From positions 28,644,001 through 28,708,000 of the forward strand of contig CM060733.1 of the NCBI GenBank assembly GCA_030704615.1: 64,000 bases of DNA, written 5' to 3'. Numbering within the stretch: position 1 is the stretch's first letter; every line of letters starts with the position of its first letter. The notes beneath the pieces are model-generated. The model saw nothing but the letters and a program-made list of their open reading frames with translations, made no database searches and was not told the origin of the DNA. Shown piece after piece: positions 1 through 11,907 of this stretch. The translations under genes were made by a program, and so were the position numbers. Source of the stretch: Takakia lepidozioides. Its lineage: Eukaryota; Plantae; Bryophyta.

Positions 1-366
1 ACATTCATAATGAGCATTGTTGTCGCGAGCTTTGTTGACTTGCTCCCATCGTATAATGGCATACATGTCTCCTCCTCAAGTGTGATTGGAATATTGTAAT
101 GGCCACCCGCCACATCATTGCCTTCGTGGTTCTCGTTGCTACCATCATGAACTATTCTCACTCCTTCCGGTCTTTCCTCTTTTTTTGTCGTATCCATCAC
201 TTGAAAAGTTTCGTGTAGCATCCTCTGAACCTCCACACCAGAATCAATTGTTGGTTCAGAATGTTGGATTTCTTCCGGATCAGCACTTGTTATTGGTGGA
301 CTCATGGCCCCAGGGGCGATTTGCAATGTTCTACCATATGTAGAGCCTTGGTGGCCAAGTTTCATG
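1..366 (-). pseudogene. CACTA (En/Spm) TnpD N-terminal fragment
   Basis: Manual minus-strand translation gives ...HELMKLGHQG... and ...ITLEEETCMPLYDGS..., resembling the transposase-associated region and PLY(E/D)GS motif of CACTA TnpD; runs off the window start. Confidence 0.4.
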
Positions 367-947
367 AGCTCGTGGAGGGCGGTTTGAGGAGTGTCTACAG
401 GATGCTCTCATGGTCATGCAAGTGAGAGAAGAGAGGAAAAAAAAGGATGTTGGGATGAAAGCATGTTTGGGATTAGGCATTGCTTTAGTTTCCCTTCCTC
501 ATAGCTTTCCACCTTCTCTATAGGCCGAGACCTTTCCGTAGGTGGAGGCAAGAGTCAGTCCAGGTTGCAGGAGTGACACTGTGGAGTTGTTTTTGGTGTG
601 GGGGAGTTGTTGTTTTCATTCTTGTGTTTGGATCCCCTCCACACCTGCATGCTTGATTGTGCGCCATGCTAGTTTTGTGTGGGCGCTTGATTTTATAGGT
701 GGTTGACTGGGGCTTGATCGCCGATTCAACCCTAGAGTATGATGTCGATGGTGAGGCTAGGTTGATGACCAGTCTGACCATCTTTGTTTCTCCTGTGGTG
801 AGGTTGGAGGTGATGACCAGCCAACCATGGCTATGTTAGGAACCTAGTATTTCAAACCATAAGCCGCATCAAGTTCTCTACCCGGTTACCTTGTGGAGAG
901 GGGTTTAGGAACAGGTTCATGACCGGTTGAGTGTCAGTTTGTCAACA
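367..947 (+). repeat. 3' part of the LTR/leader of the DNMT-PHD gypsy family (copy A)
   Basis: Similar to 12331-12909 and ~62280-62918 (shared blocks ...GTAGGTGGAGGCAAGAGTCAGTCC... and ...TACCCGGTTACCTTGT...); each copy ends in CA just before CGGAGG and gag. Confidence 0.75.
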
Positions 948-1242
948 CGGAGGGGCCCAGTGCTATGGTTTGCATCCTGAGTTGTGTCCAGGCCAGTTCC
1001 AAGGGAACAATGGTGGCTGGGGGCGAGGTGGAGTAGCCCAGAGAGGACGAGGTGCAGGCCAAGGGCAAGCTCAACATGGCCAAGGACGCAGAGGTCAGAG
1101 TGGTGACCAAGGCATGGCCAACCGGCTTCAGCAGCTAGAGCAGAGGCTCGCTGCCATAGCCACAACTCAGGTGGTACTGGCTCCAAGGCCGGATGATCCA
1201 CCTCCTGCTCCTGAGGGAGGAGACATAGGAGGCATGTGATTC

Positions 1243-1400
1243 ATGTGTGGGGCAGCACTACCACTAAGGAGGGGTGTCACTACCACTACCACTATGTGTG
1301 GGGCACCACTACCACTAGTAAGGGGTGTCACTACCACTACCACTATGGGTGGGGCACCACTACCACTAGTGTTGGGCAGTACTACCACTAGTACAAGTGG
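1243..1400. repeat. ~51-bp tandem repeat (about 3 copies) just after the gag stop
   Basis: ATG(T/G)GTGGGGCA(C/G)CACTACCACTA...GGGGTGTCACTACCACTACCACT repeated; seen as the repeating MCGAPLPLVRGVTTTTT peptide. Confidence 0.8.
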
Positions 1401-2730
1401 AGTAAGCTGCGGCAGTGACTCGAGGAGCAGCATGAGTTCCTGAGCCACGGGGTGCGGAGGTGGAGTTTGATCCACAACGTGGGGAGGCAAGCCGTCAGGC
1501 CAGGCTTCCTCAGTCATTCACATTGGTGGAGACAGCGTCGACGCCGTCCATGGCACCTAGTACTCGCCCAACTGTTACCGAGGCGAAGGTTACTATGCCA
1601 TTGGGGAGAGCTACACCTTAGCAATACCACTACCTAGTGTTACTAAGGCTATGGCAGCTAGTGTGTTACTGGGGGCGGCCACATATTTGTGCCAAGCTCC
1701 ATTGTTCTCGGCTACCATGATTGCGACGCCGGGGGTAAGACCAGTTGAGGTGTTCAGGCTGGCAGCTACACTCTGTGAGAGTGAGGAGATTACTACATCA
1801 GAGGAGATAGTGGGAGGTGTAGTGCTGGAGAGATCCTCGGATGTGAGGGTCAAGACTACCACGACGGCGCCATGGCAAGCTGCAGCTGCTAGGTTGGCAG
1901 AGCTGCCAGGTAGGCCAGCCATTGAGCATGCCATGGTGACACCTGGAGTTGTCATGTTAAACAACCAGGATGACATTTTCTGTTTGAGTGGATTGGCAGG
2001 CAAGAGGTACCGGCCACTACGGGTCTTGTTGGACTCGGGAGCTCAGCCATTGATGCTAGGCAGAACTGCTATTGCAGGCTTGGGCCTCGTGGAGGCGGAT
2101 ATGGAGCCGTGCCTTTTCCAGATATAGACATCTCTAGGAGGATCAGAGCGGGCTCGAGGCATGACACGGCATGAGTTGGCTATTAGACTATAGCCGGATC
2201 ATCCTATAGATGGCTCAGTGATGAGAGCCAAGGCCATTGTGATAGACGCGGTCTCGTACAATGTCCTTGTTGGTGGGGTAGTGTTGTACCCCATGGGCTT
2301 CACCCTAGATTTTTTGGAGGAGTCGGCTTCCTATAGGCTTGGATGGTAGTTAAGGGAGGGCCGGCGTGTGCAGCTCCCTGTGACGTTCATAGGAGGAGTT
2401 GCGGTTGCCCACCGAGGCAAGATGTCGACACTGGCAGCATTCACAGCTGCAGTGAGTTGGCCTGAAGAGTTGCTAGAGGGCAACGCTCATTCAGAGGATG
2501 TGTCACCTCCGGGAGAGCAGGATGACATGTATGGTATGGCGAAGTTGTCTGCCATAAATGCTCACACTCCATTGTGGGGCTCGAGCAAGGATTTGCATCG
2601 GATTGTTGATTGTCGTGTGCAACAAGCCTGGGTAGAGGCTTTTGTACCATCAGGAGAGGAGGACAGTGCGGGGATTGCATCAGGTCCACCTCAGTTGTCA
2701 CCATTAGATACCACACAGTGTCCGGATGAA

Positions 2731-3666
2731 GGCATTTGCCTTCTGGACTTGTTTGGCGGGATCAGCACCGGATTGGCTGCTATGCTATAGGCATGTGTAC
2801 GGGTACGGTGTTACTTGTATGTAGAGAGGGATGAGACTGCACGACGCGTCTCACTCCGTCATGTTGCTCAGTTGGTGCAGCAGTACCTTGAGTTGTTACC
2901 GGTGTCTGCAGTTTGTGGATATCAGCAGGCCTTGCCAGCAGACAGTTCGTTGCTGGGGGCGCAGGATTTGGAGCAGGTTGGCTCCATTGATTTAATAGTG
3001 GCAGGTTGGCCCTGCCAAGGGCATTTATCAACCGGGCATGGCAATGGATTGCGAGACTCGAGGTTGGGTCTGTTTTAGGAGATGGTGCAGGTTTTGCGCC
3101 ACTTACAGCTTCATCAAGCTGTATCTCCAGCATACATCTTGGAGAATGTGCCACTGATGGGCGATTCTCAGGCCAGGGTGATGGCCAGTGTGCATCAAGT
3201 CCGGTCGTGGCTTGGTTAGCAGTGTTGCTAGATGCAGCTGCAGTGGGGTCACGGACTCATCGTCCACGGTTATGGTGGACTAACTTGATGTCACATGCAC
3301 TGCTCAAGTGTGCATTTGATGGGGTGCAGCGGCCAGCACACCTCACAGTGGATAGTATTTTGGATACAGGGAGACAGTCTCAGCATGTGAGACACGATGA
3401 CCGTTCGCCTTTGGCAGTGGTCAACAAGGTGGGTCAACCACGAGCAGCACTACCTACACTGCTCAGCTTCCCAGGATCACATGCTTTCCGGGATAGTAGA
3501 CCTGGCCTCATGTGGGATGTTAGTTGCAGCAGTTAGTGGGGCCTAATGCCGATGAGCGAGAGCGGGCTATGGGTTTTTCCACTGGGACCACGGCGGTGCC
3601 TTCTCTTTCTGAGGCATCACGTTTTCAGGTGTTGGGGCAAGCGATGGATCTCAATTGCTTGACCTG
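2731..3666 (+). pseudogene. DNMT3-like C5 cytosine methyltransferase domain within the retrotransposon pol
   Basis: Motifs in canonical order: I LLDLFGGISTG (2740), II YVERD, IV IDLIVAGWPCQG (Cys codon 3013), VI YILENVP (ENV 3142-3150), VIII DAAAVGSRTHRPRLWWTNL, IX ERERAMGFSTG, X RFQVLGQAM. Interrupted by stops at 2788 and 3076 and by frameshifts. Confidence 0.88.
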
Positions 3667-3770
3667 TGTCGTGCGCATATATATCGCTACACAACTACAT
3701 CGCTGTCCAAACCACACCACACATATATGCACAATAAAGTAGTCTGCCACAATGCCACAATCGCCCCCCT
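3660..3770 (-). repeat. Polypurine tract (3764-3770) and 5' ~100 bp of the 3' LTR of copy D
   Basis: Minus strand reads AGCTAGGGGGGCGAT|TGTGGC...TTTGGACAGCGATGTAGTTGTGTAGCGATAT, homologous to 22641-22790 downstream of copy E. Confidence 0.7.
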
Positions 3771-4005
3771 AGCTGGTGGATAGGTCCCTCTACCTCCAGA
3801 TAGCTACAAGATGTAATAGCCACAGCCGTACTAAGTCCTCTATCACTGTCCCTATTGTACTCAAACTCTATAGACCAAGAGGCCGGGTACAAGAGTAGCC
3901 CCATCGTTAGTCGCCGTCTTGCAATCTGTGAACTTGAGCCAGGACTTCGTGTATTCAAGGTCTCATGTAGCTGGGCCTTGCGTTGCTTGTTAGTATCCAC
4001 TCCCA

Positions 4006-4150
4006 CTATCCAATGCATCGTGGACATAACCAATCCCCATCCGGAACCATCTCAAGAGGTGGAGTCAAGCATCCCATATGCCAACCTCTAGAGCATCGAT
4101 CACACACCAGCATGGTGGCTGCCCCTTTAGCAGACCCACACAACATGCAC
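4006..4150 (-). other. PHD finger at the integrase C-terminus
   Basis: CMLCGSAKGAATMLVCDRCSRGWHMGCLTPPLEMVPDGDWLCPRC is a complete C4-H-C3 PHD with the typical PPL..VP.GDW.CP.C tail, in frame with the integrase tail. Confidence 0.92.
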
Positions 4151-7100
4151 CTCAAACCTGCAGATACCACTGCCAGGTTTGGGTCAATCCTGCCATCGAC
4201 ATTCGGAAGGTGACATGGCGCACAATTACGCACATGGTCCTTCCAAGTTATGCCATCCCGACCCTCCAAGACCAAGACGCCTGAGGGCAAGACCTCTCGA
4301 ACCCTCAAAATAACACGTCCTGCAGTCACATCCAGGGTCGTAGGAGCAGTCTGCTGCAGATAGACATAGTCACCAGGGTTGAATATCTGAACCCCAGGAC
4401 GATAGCCCCCACCACGTATGGTAGCATACCTCAACGTATCACGGTGTTGTGCAATGGCAGGGTTCTCGAAAGCCATGGGCATGACTCTCTTGAACAACTC
4501 TGCACGCTGCTCACATGCACGTGCCCACACGTCCGGATCGTCAAGGTTAAGAACTGTAGCAGCTTCTCTGCGAATGGATGTAGGCAAATCCGGCTCTCGG
4601 CCAAAGAGAAGAAAGTATGGTGAGAAGGAGGCAAGTGATGCTTGCATACTGAACCTGTAGCCCATGGCTAACCAGGGTAACTGAAGGTCCCAATCTCCTA
4701 GGTGTCCCTTCTGCAAGCCATACTGCGCAAACCCCTCTTTACTATCTGAACAACTCTCTCTGCCAAGCCATCGGCTTCAGGATGATCCCGAGAAGTGGTG
4801 CGGTGGTCTATCAAGGCCTTGTCACACAAAGCCTGAAACTCCCCCAAGAACTCTCTCTCTTGGTCCGTGAGTACCTCAGCTGGAGCACCGAATCGGCTAA
4901 GCACACAATCCAAGAATGCATACGCAGCTCCCTCACTAGCCTTATCAGGCAATGGAACCAATTCAATCCACTTGGAGAAGTGCTCCACCATCACCAACAC
5001 GTACTTGTTGTGGCGCATGGTCAGTGGCAACGGCCCTGCGAAGTCAAGACTCCACCTGTAGCCCAATCCCATGATCGGAAGAGGGTGCAATTGTGGAGTA
5101 GGGGCGTTGAATGAAGCACGCACCCTATCACACACCATGCACCTAGCCACAAATTGTTGCACCTCTGTGTGCATACCACGCCACCAATACTGCCCCTGCA
5201 GTAGACTATGAGTGCGTCGCACCCCAAAATGCCCCAACTCCTCGTGGGCATGGCGCACTAACCGTGCCCGCTGTGTTGGGTGAGGCACAATCCTCACTCG
5301 ACCATCCTCCCACACTCGGAGCAGGTGTGTCCCCTCCTACTTGAACCTCTTGGCTCGTTGTAGGATCCGATCCCTCTCCTTGGCAATCACAGTGGCTGCC
5401 GTGTCTCCAGTGCGGAGGTAGTCCAACACAACTGAATCCTCATGTATATCTTTGGCGCCACCAGGGTCCTCAGACACTTGATCTACAGTCATCCCTGTTG
5501 TAGGTCCAACCTGGCCTTCCGCTGCCAAGATACACAGAATTGCAGATGCATGCCATCCGGGCACCATCTCCTCGTCCGTCTCACCATGCCACCGAGCTCC
5601 AGTGTCATCTTGTTGGCTCGTGCATGGATTGCGACTCAACCCATCTGCATTGCGATTGACCAAACCCGGTCGATGCACCACCTGAAAGTCATACTCTTGA
5701 AGGATGAGTGCCCACCGTGCAAGCTTCCCCGTAAGCTTGTCTGACTCCATCAACCATTTGAGTGGTTGGTGATCCGTGACAAGGGTGAAGAGATTGCCGT
5801 ATAGATAGCACCTGAAGTGTGCCACGGCCCACACTGCAGCTAAGCATTCTCCCTCATATGAGCTATACTTAGACTCTGCAGCGTTGTTTGAGCGGCTAGC
5901 ATAAGCCACTACGAACTCTCTTCCCTTCATCCACCTGTGTGAGCACCGCTCCAAGCCCCAGCATGCTCCAATCTGTATGCAGCTGAAAAGAACGCCCCCT
6001 GATAGGTCGTCTCAAGATGGGCGCCGAGGTCAACCTCGCCTTGAGCTCTTGAAAAGCTTGTTCTTGCTCATCTTCCCACTGCCACTCCTGGTCCACCTTG
6101 GTCAGCTTGGTTAGAGCCTTTGCAATGGCACTAAATCCCTTAACAAACCGTCTGTAATAATTTGCTAACCCACATGAAAGCTCAAACTCGGCTCACATCC
6201 GTGGGGCGAAAACCTGTGCAATGGACTCTACCTTAGTCTGCTGTACCCCCAATCCTCCAGGATATATCATGTGACCCAGATACTCAATCTGGTTGTGGAA
6301 AAACTTGCACTTGCCCGGATGTAACTTCAATCCGTGCGTCCTTAAGCGCTCAAATACCAGAAGGTGTCTCTCATGCTCCTCCACCAAGTAGTACTAAAGA
6401 TGATGATGTCATCTATGTAGCACCAAGCAAATTCCACCCCTGCTAGAATCCTGTCCATGACTTTTGAAACTCAGCGGGAGCGTTTTTAAGCCCAAATGGT
6501 AAGAACCCCCACTGGTATAGGCAATCCTTCCCGTGCTCATTGATCCCCCAGAATGCCGTCTTTTGCTTATCCGCCTCCTTGATCGGCAACTGTGATATCC
6601 GGATCGTAAATCCAACGTGCTAAAGACCTTGGAATGCCCAATGGCATCAAAGATCTCCTCTGGTGTTGGCATGGCATACCTATCGGACTTGGTCTGACGA
6701 TTTACAGGCCGGTAAGCACCGCACATACGTCTCTCCGTCCAATTGCCATAGACATCCTTCTTAGCTGGCATCACTGTGGCTGAAGCATACTCTCCACCAG
6801 AGAGCTCACCAAACCTGCCTCCCAGAGATCTTGAGTCCTCATCTGAATCAAAGACCTCTCCATGTCACTGTATCTATAGGGTCTCCGAAAGATTGGCGTG
6901 TCAGTGGCCAACTCAATACGGATCTCTTGACCCTTCAGTGCTCCCAAGTCCTTCAAACTGAAGGCAAAGCAATTCCTGTAAGCCCTCAGGAACCGCCGTA
7001 TACGTCGTCTCTCTCCTCCGGTGACAATGGGTCCAATGTCAGGCTCCCAATTGTCCTCCGTAACTGCAACCTTAAGTCCAGTGGGCTTAGAGGTAGAGGA

Positions 7101-7690
7101 CGCGTCCCGTGGTTGCTATGCTGCAACCTCTTGAGCAGTACTCCCTTCCTGCTCAGTCAATGACAAGGCCTCATCCTGCCCCATCATCTCATCATTGAGA
7201 ACCTCCTCATCCCGAGAAGAATCCCCCCACCTCCTCATCCATCACAGCTGCCTTGGCTGCCAACTCCCTCTGAACCTCGAGCACCTCCCACGTGTGCCAT
7301 GGATGTCTACACCCCGTGGTCCTCACCAGCTCGCCCCCACTCGCAGCCTGTACCGTCTCGGTAGGCAGAGAGACCGTCGGGAAGTGCACTCCGCACTCTA
7401 CTTGCTCAGCCATAGCCAAGCTGATAATCCAGGTCAAGCAATTGAGATCCATTGCTTGCCCAACACCTGACGACGTGATGCCTCCGAAAGAGAAGGCACC
7501 GCCGTGGTCCCAGTGGAAAATCCCATAGCCCGCTCTCGCTCGTCGGCATTAGGCTCCACTAACTGTTGCACTGGCTATCCCCCAAGAGGCCAGGTCCACC
7601 ATCCCGAAAAGCAGGGGATCTGGGAAGCCGAGCAGTTGCTTTGTTTAGGTATGCTGCTCGTGGTTGACGCACCCTGTTGGGGACGATCGA
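4006..7690 (-). mobile_element. Ty3/gypsy copy D pol: DNMT C-terminus, RT, RNase H, integrase, PHD finger (degenerate)
   Basis: DNMT motifs IX/X (ERERAMGFSTG, VLGQAMDLNCL) at 7440-7560; RT (RMCGAYRPVN, FSTLDLRSGY, YIDDII); RNase H (LHTDWS, YEGECLA, LVTDHQPLKW); integrase HHCC and D,D,E (WSLDF, VLTDQ, GLAERVV); C-terminal C4HC3. Confidence 0.92.
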
Positions 7691-7749
7691 GGAAAAAAAG
7701 GTGGAATGCTGTTTACAAATCCAGAGAGAAAGCAGATATACATTCAGCA

Positions 7750-9940
7750 TAGGAACTAGTGTGTTATGAGTAGGGTGGGGGTGTTTGCTAGAAAAAATCT
7801 AGGCCGTCAATGTCACCGTTTGAAGCAAGGTGAGGATGTATGCGGATGTGCAAAGGCTGGGATAGCTGAAGGAGCAAGGATAGAGTGTGGGTCCAGATTC
7901 ATCCAATAGGGCAGGATATCAAGCACAAGATTACTTATGATTCCTAGTGGATTAGAGCTACAAGAAAGTGGGCACCTTCTTCTCGACATATTTCAGCTTG
8001 TTTTAGCCATCTCACCAGACTTGGCCCTGAGATGAGATGCAATTGAATGCTGTAAGTTAGTCGTTGCTGTTGATAAGTAGGGTGGGGGTGTTTGCTGGAT
8101 GGAACAATTTCTAGGCTGTCAATTGTCAGCTGCTAGCAGGAATGCAAAGATGTATGCTTGTTTTTGCAGTGTCATAGAGAGCTGAAGGAGCATGGATAGA
8201 GTATGTGTCCAGATTCATCCAAGAGGGCCGGATTTCAAGCTCCACGTTACCTATGATTCCATGTGGAAGGATAGATACAAAAAACCTGCATGGATAGATG
8301 GTCGACTGGAAGCCGCAACAGCAGCGGCACAATTGATAAAATCATGCACTTCTAATGAAGGCACCTTCTTCAACACATTTCACCCTGTTTTCCCCCCTTA
8401 TCAAAATTGGCCCTCAATTTTCATGTTGAATTCTGCAAGTTAGCTGTTGAGTGAATGTAGTTGGGAGTGACTTTGACATGATACTGCCAATGTGACAAGG
8501 ATATGCATTGAACTCATTGGTAGAGGGGATATTGGGATAAACTCTTGGCCATTTGCCATCGTCAAAGCTGAAATTGTACTAGTTGTCATTCTGAACACTG
8601 CCCTGGTGGACATGTATGCCAAATGTGGGTGCAGCAAGCCTAATGCGAAGGGAGAGTTCGACAACATGGCTAAATGAGATGTGGTGTTGTGGAGTTCCAT
8701 GATTGCAAGGTATGTGCAACATTGGTGTGAGATTAAGGCTTTGGAAACCTAAGAGCAAATGATGTGGGAAAGGATGAAGCCAGACCATGTCATGTTCATT
8801 TGTGTTTGTAATATGCATATGCGAGCCTAGAAGCAAGGGGCCAAGAGGTTCATGGTGACATCATCAAAGCTGGAATTGTACCTGATGTCATTTTGAACAT
8901 TCCCTTGGTGTACATGTATGTCAAATGCGAGCCTGGTAGCCCTGGAAAGGACGCAACGGTCCACGGTGACATTGTCAAAGCTAGTATTGTACCACTAGAT
9001 GTCTCTAAACACTGCCTTGGTGGACATGTATGTCAAATGCAAGCCTGGCAGCCCTGAAAAATGGTGCAGAGGTCCACGGTAATATCGTCAAAGCTAGTAT
9101 TGTATCTGATGTGATTCTGAATGTTGCCGTAGTGGACATGTATGCCAAGTTTGGGTAAACTACAAGGATACAAATGGCATGCAGTTTGATAATATGGCTG
9201 AATGAGATGTGGTATCAGCCTAGCCATAATTGCACTTAACTAGAGTAGGCAATGAGTGAAGACGGGGTTCGTGGTGACATTGTCCAAGCTAGAATTGAAT
9301 TGATGTCGTTCTGAAATATGCCCTTGTGGTGAGGGCATGCAGAGCATGAGCGCGGGATGGGGTTTTGGAGACCTGAAAGCAAATGATGGGGGAAGGGGTG
9401 AAGCTCGACCACATAATGTTTGTGTGCGTTTGCAGTGCGTGTGCAAGCCTGGCAGCCCTGGAAAGCACATGCAAAGAGGTACATGTTTGCTTCACCAAAG
9501 CTGGAATTGTACCAGATGTGATTCTGAACAATACCCTCGCGGGCATGGATAGCTGAAGGAGCAGGGATAGAATGTGGGCGCAGATTCATCCAAGAGGCCG
9601 GATTTTCAAGCTCCAGATTACCTATGATTCATTATGGAATGATAGCTAGAAGAAACCTGCATGGGTAGATGGTCAACTGGAAGCCGCAGCAGTAGCGGCA
9701 CAATTGATAAAATCAGGCACTGCTAATGAAGGTAGTGGATTGCTAAAGTTCGAGAGATGTCAGTGTATGCATCTTCTGCTCAGGCATTTGAAAGTCTACA
9801 TAGACTTTGCAGCTTTGTGCATTTTTGTAGCAGCACCGGATTAGATTATGGAATGGATCTTTGAACATTATGTCACGTTGTATTTGAATCGATGTTCCAA
9901 TTTCAATGTGCTTTCATGTTTCAATGCTGCTAGAGTTAGG
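7750..9940 (+). pseudogene. Patchwork of PLS-PPR fragments and the repeated YKKPAW module
   Basis: ILNTALVDMYAKCG and other L/S motif remnants at 8560-9540; three copies of the QIHPRGPDFKL...YKKPAW(I/V)DG module; many stops. Confidence 0.75.
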
Positions 9941-10471
9941 CCCATGACTATGGTCATGTACACGACTACCTCCCATCCACAGAGCCTCCGCCACGTGCCA
10001 CTTTCACCCCTCGTGTTCGCCCATACTCGTGCCACGTGCAGTATCTAGAGTGCGCCATGGAAGTCATATGCTCCAGTCATAACAACCACCCCCATCCTGC
10101 ATAATTTGATTCCACGTGTCATGTCCAGTCTTCTCCACGTGTTGTCCTGGGGTTAATCTGCGGAAGTCATATATGCCAGTCGTAAAGACCCTGACGCCTT
10201 CCCTTTGACGTGACACATGGCATATCCCTTCCGTTCCACGTGGAGCTGACATGGATTCGCAGTCATTTACTACGGTCTTATCAATGACTATGATTAGGCG
10301 TCCCCGTTGCCACGTCAACAGTGAGCTCCACGACTGGCATATACGACTCTATGGCGCTTACGACTCATTTATCACAACTAATTGGGTTTATTTGACTGGG
10401 CAGTCATGCAGTCATAAAAGGCTGATACGACTGGAAAATAACAGACATAAAAGCCGGATTTTCTACTAGTG
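9940..10471. mobile_element. Terminus of a CACTA element
   Basis: Ends ...GCCGGATTTTCTACTAGTG (reverse complement CACTAGTAGAAAATCCGGC), preceded by dense CACGTG/AGTCAT/ACGACT subterminal repeats. Confidence 0.75.
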
Positions 10472-10475
10472 TCAT

Positions 10476-10985
10476 TGCCTGTACCATCTCGATAGGCAGA
10501 GAGATCGTAAAGAGAAGTGCACTCCGCACTCTACGTTGCTCAGCCATAGCCAAGCTGATAATCCAGGTGTCAAGTTAAATAAGCACAGTGTGAAAACAGC
10601 TAGAATAAAACTAGTTATTTGTATTTAACACTTGGATTTAGGTCAAGTGTTAAATCAGGTGTCAAGTTTAGTTTGACACCTGGTCCGTCTTATCTTAACG
10701 AGAGCGGCAGTCGCGCAGCTCATCTCTCTCGAATTGAGCCTGCGCGACCGAGCTCCTGCATGCGTTTAGATCTGAGTGTACTCATGATGGGAGTGTAGGT
10801 TGTTGTGGGGTGGAGTCCCCATAGCTTGGGGTGCCCCTGGCTCGACTACTATTTCAAAGAGTGATGGTTTTGGTTTTCATGTTTTGTGTCAACAGTGTGT
10901 TCTTTGGTTTATCACTCGAGAGAGATGAGCTCTATCTAGTTTCCAGTGCTAAGCTAGATAGGATTGTTTTGTTTTTAGCACTATT
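10476..10985. repeat. DNMT-linker fragment (minus strand, 10476-10567) fused to an LTR segment (plus strand)
   Basis: 10476-10567 duplicates 7345-7433; 10568 onward resembles the LTR at 22790-23106 (TTGAGCCT, GTGGA(G/T)TCCCCAT(A/G)GC.TGGGGTGC.C.TGGCTCGACT, TTTATCA). Confidence 0.7.
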
Positions 10986-11907
10986 ATAATATAGATGGTC
11001 ATGGTCTTGTACACAGCTCAAGCAATGAGCATAGAAACGGCGCTAGCTGGAGTTCGTCTCACATCCTCAGTCGCAATGGTGGGACTCGGGGGGTATAGGT
11101 AGAGTGGTTGAAGCACGGCAGCAGCTCGGCCATGGCTGCCTGCCACTTTCAAGCTTCTTCACACTGCAGCCTGCGCACATGGAGACGACGCAATCCTCTG
11201 ATAACTGAAGGTGCCAAGCGGCTGTTGCTGCACCGACGTGTTAGTCAAATCCCGAACTGTTGTGCGAGGGGATTCGCTCCGAAGTCTTGCAGGGTGTGCC
11301 CGAGCAGGCATGTGTGGATGAGCAGTGTCTACTTAGGAAATAGACTGTAGACCAGCCAGCACCAGTTGTCTTGTTCATACCACGCAAGTGAGATGGCGGA
11401 CGGGAGGAAGCTCATGCGAAGCCTCTCTTGTGTGACCGGGGCGTGTGTACGACGGGGAAGCGTGAGAAGATGCACTGATGAGCGGGTTTTGTAGAGGGAA
11501 ATTTCCGTGTTTGACTGCGCAAAGGCAGTGGCTGTGGATGTCGGAGCGATGGTATCAGAGTACGCTGGAGAGATAAGAGTCTCCGTGTTGCTGAAGGCGG
11601 AACTCATGCCCAGTGCTGAGTACAGTTGTTGTGGCATCTAGTGTCCGTCCTTATGCTACTTTGCAGAAGACCTGGTGTTGGCGAATGGGTGGCAGGGTCA
11701 CTTCTCTAGGAAGAACGTCACGGGCTTGAGTTTTTTGCCTGTTAGTCCGTTCTCTCTTAAAGAGTCTGCAGTGTGCAGTTGGTTGCTTCCCCGTGCGTAA
11801 AAAAAAAACCGTGTAGGCTAACGCACAGAAGGAGAGAAGACATACAGACTGGGGGACAGTTCTTCCGGGAGCTAAGGTGGGGAGAGATGGAAGAGAGAGG
11901 ACATTAA

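Larger units (their letters stand above)
948..3666 (+). mobile_element. Ty3/gypsy copy A: gag C-terminus, aspartic protease and C5-DNA methyltransferase (degenerate)
   Basis: AQCYGLHPEL matches the end of the gag zinc knuckle in copy B (EAHCYDLHPEL); protease motif VLLDSGAQ in ORF 1651-2127; DNMT motifs follow; several stops and frameshifts; most of gag is deleted at ~950. Confidence 0.85.

Noticed and set aside
2731-3666. Host DRM/DNMT3 gene or bacterial restriction-modification contaminant
   Set aside because: It is intronless, lies directly after a retroviral-type protease, is followed by RT in a second segment, and its motif order is not DRM-permuted.
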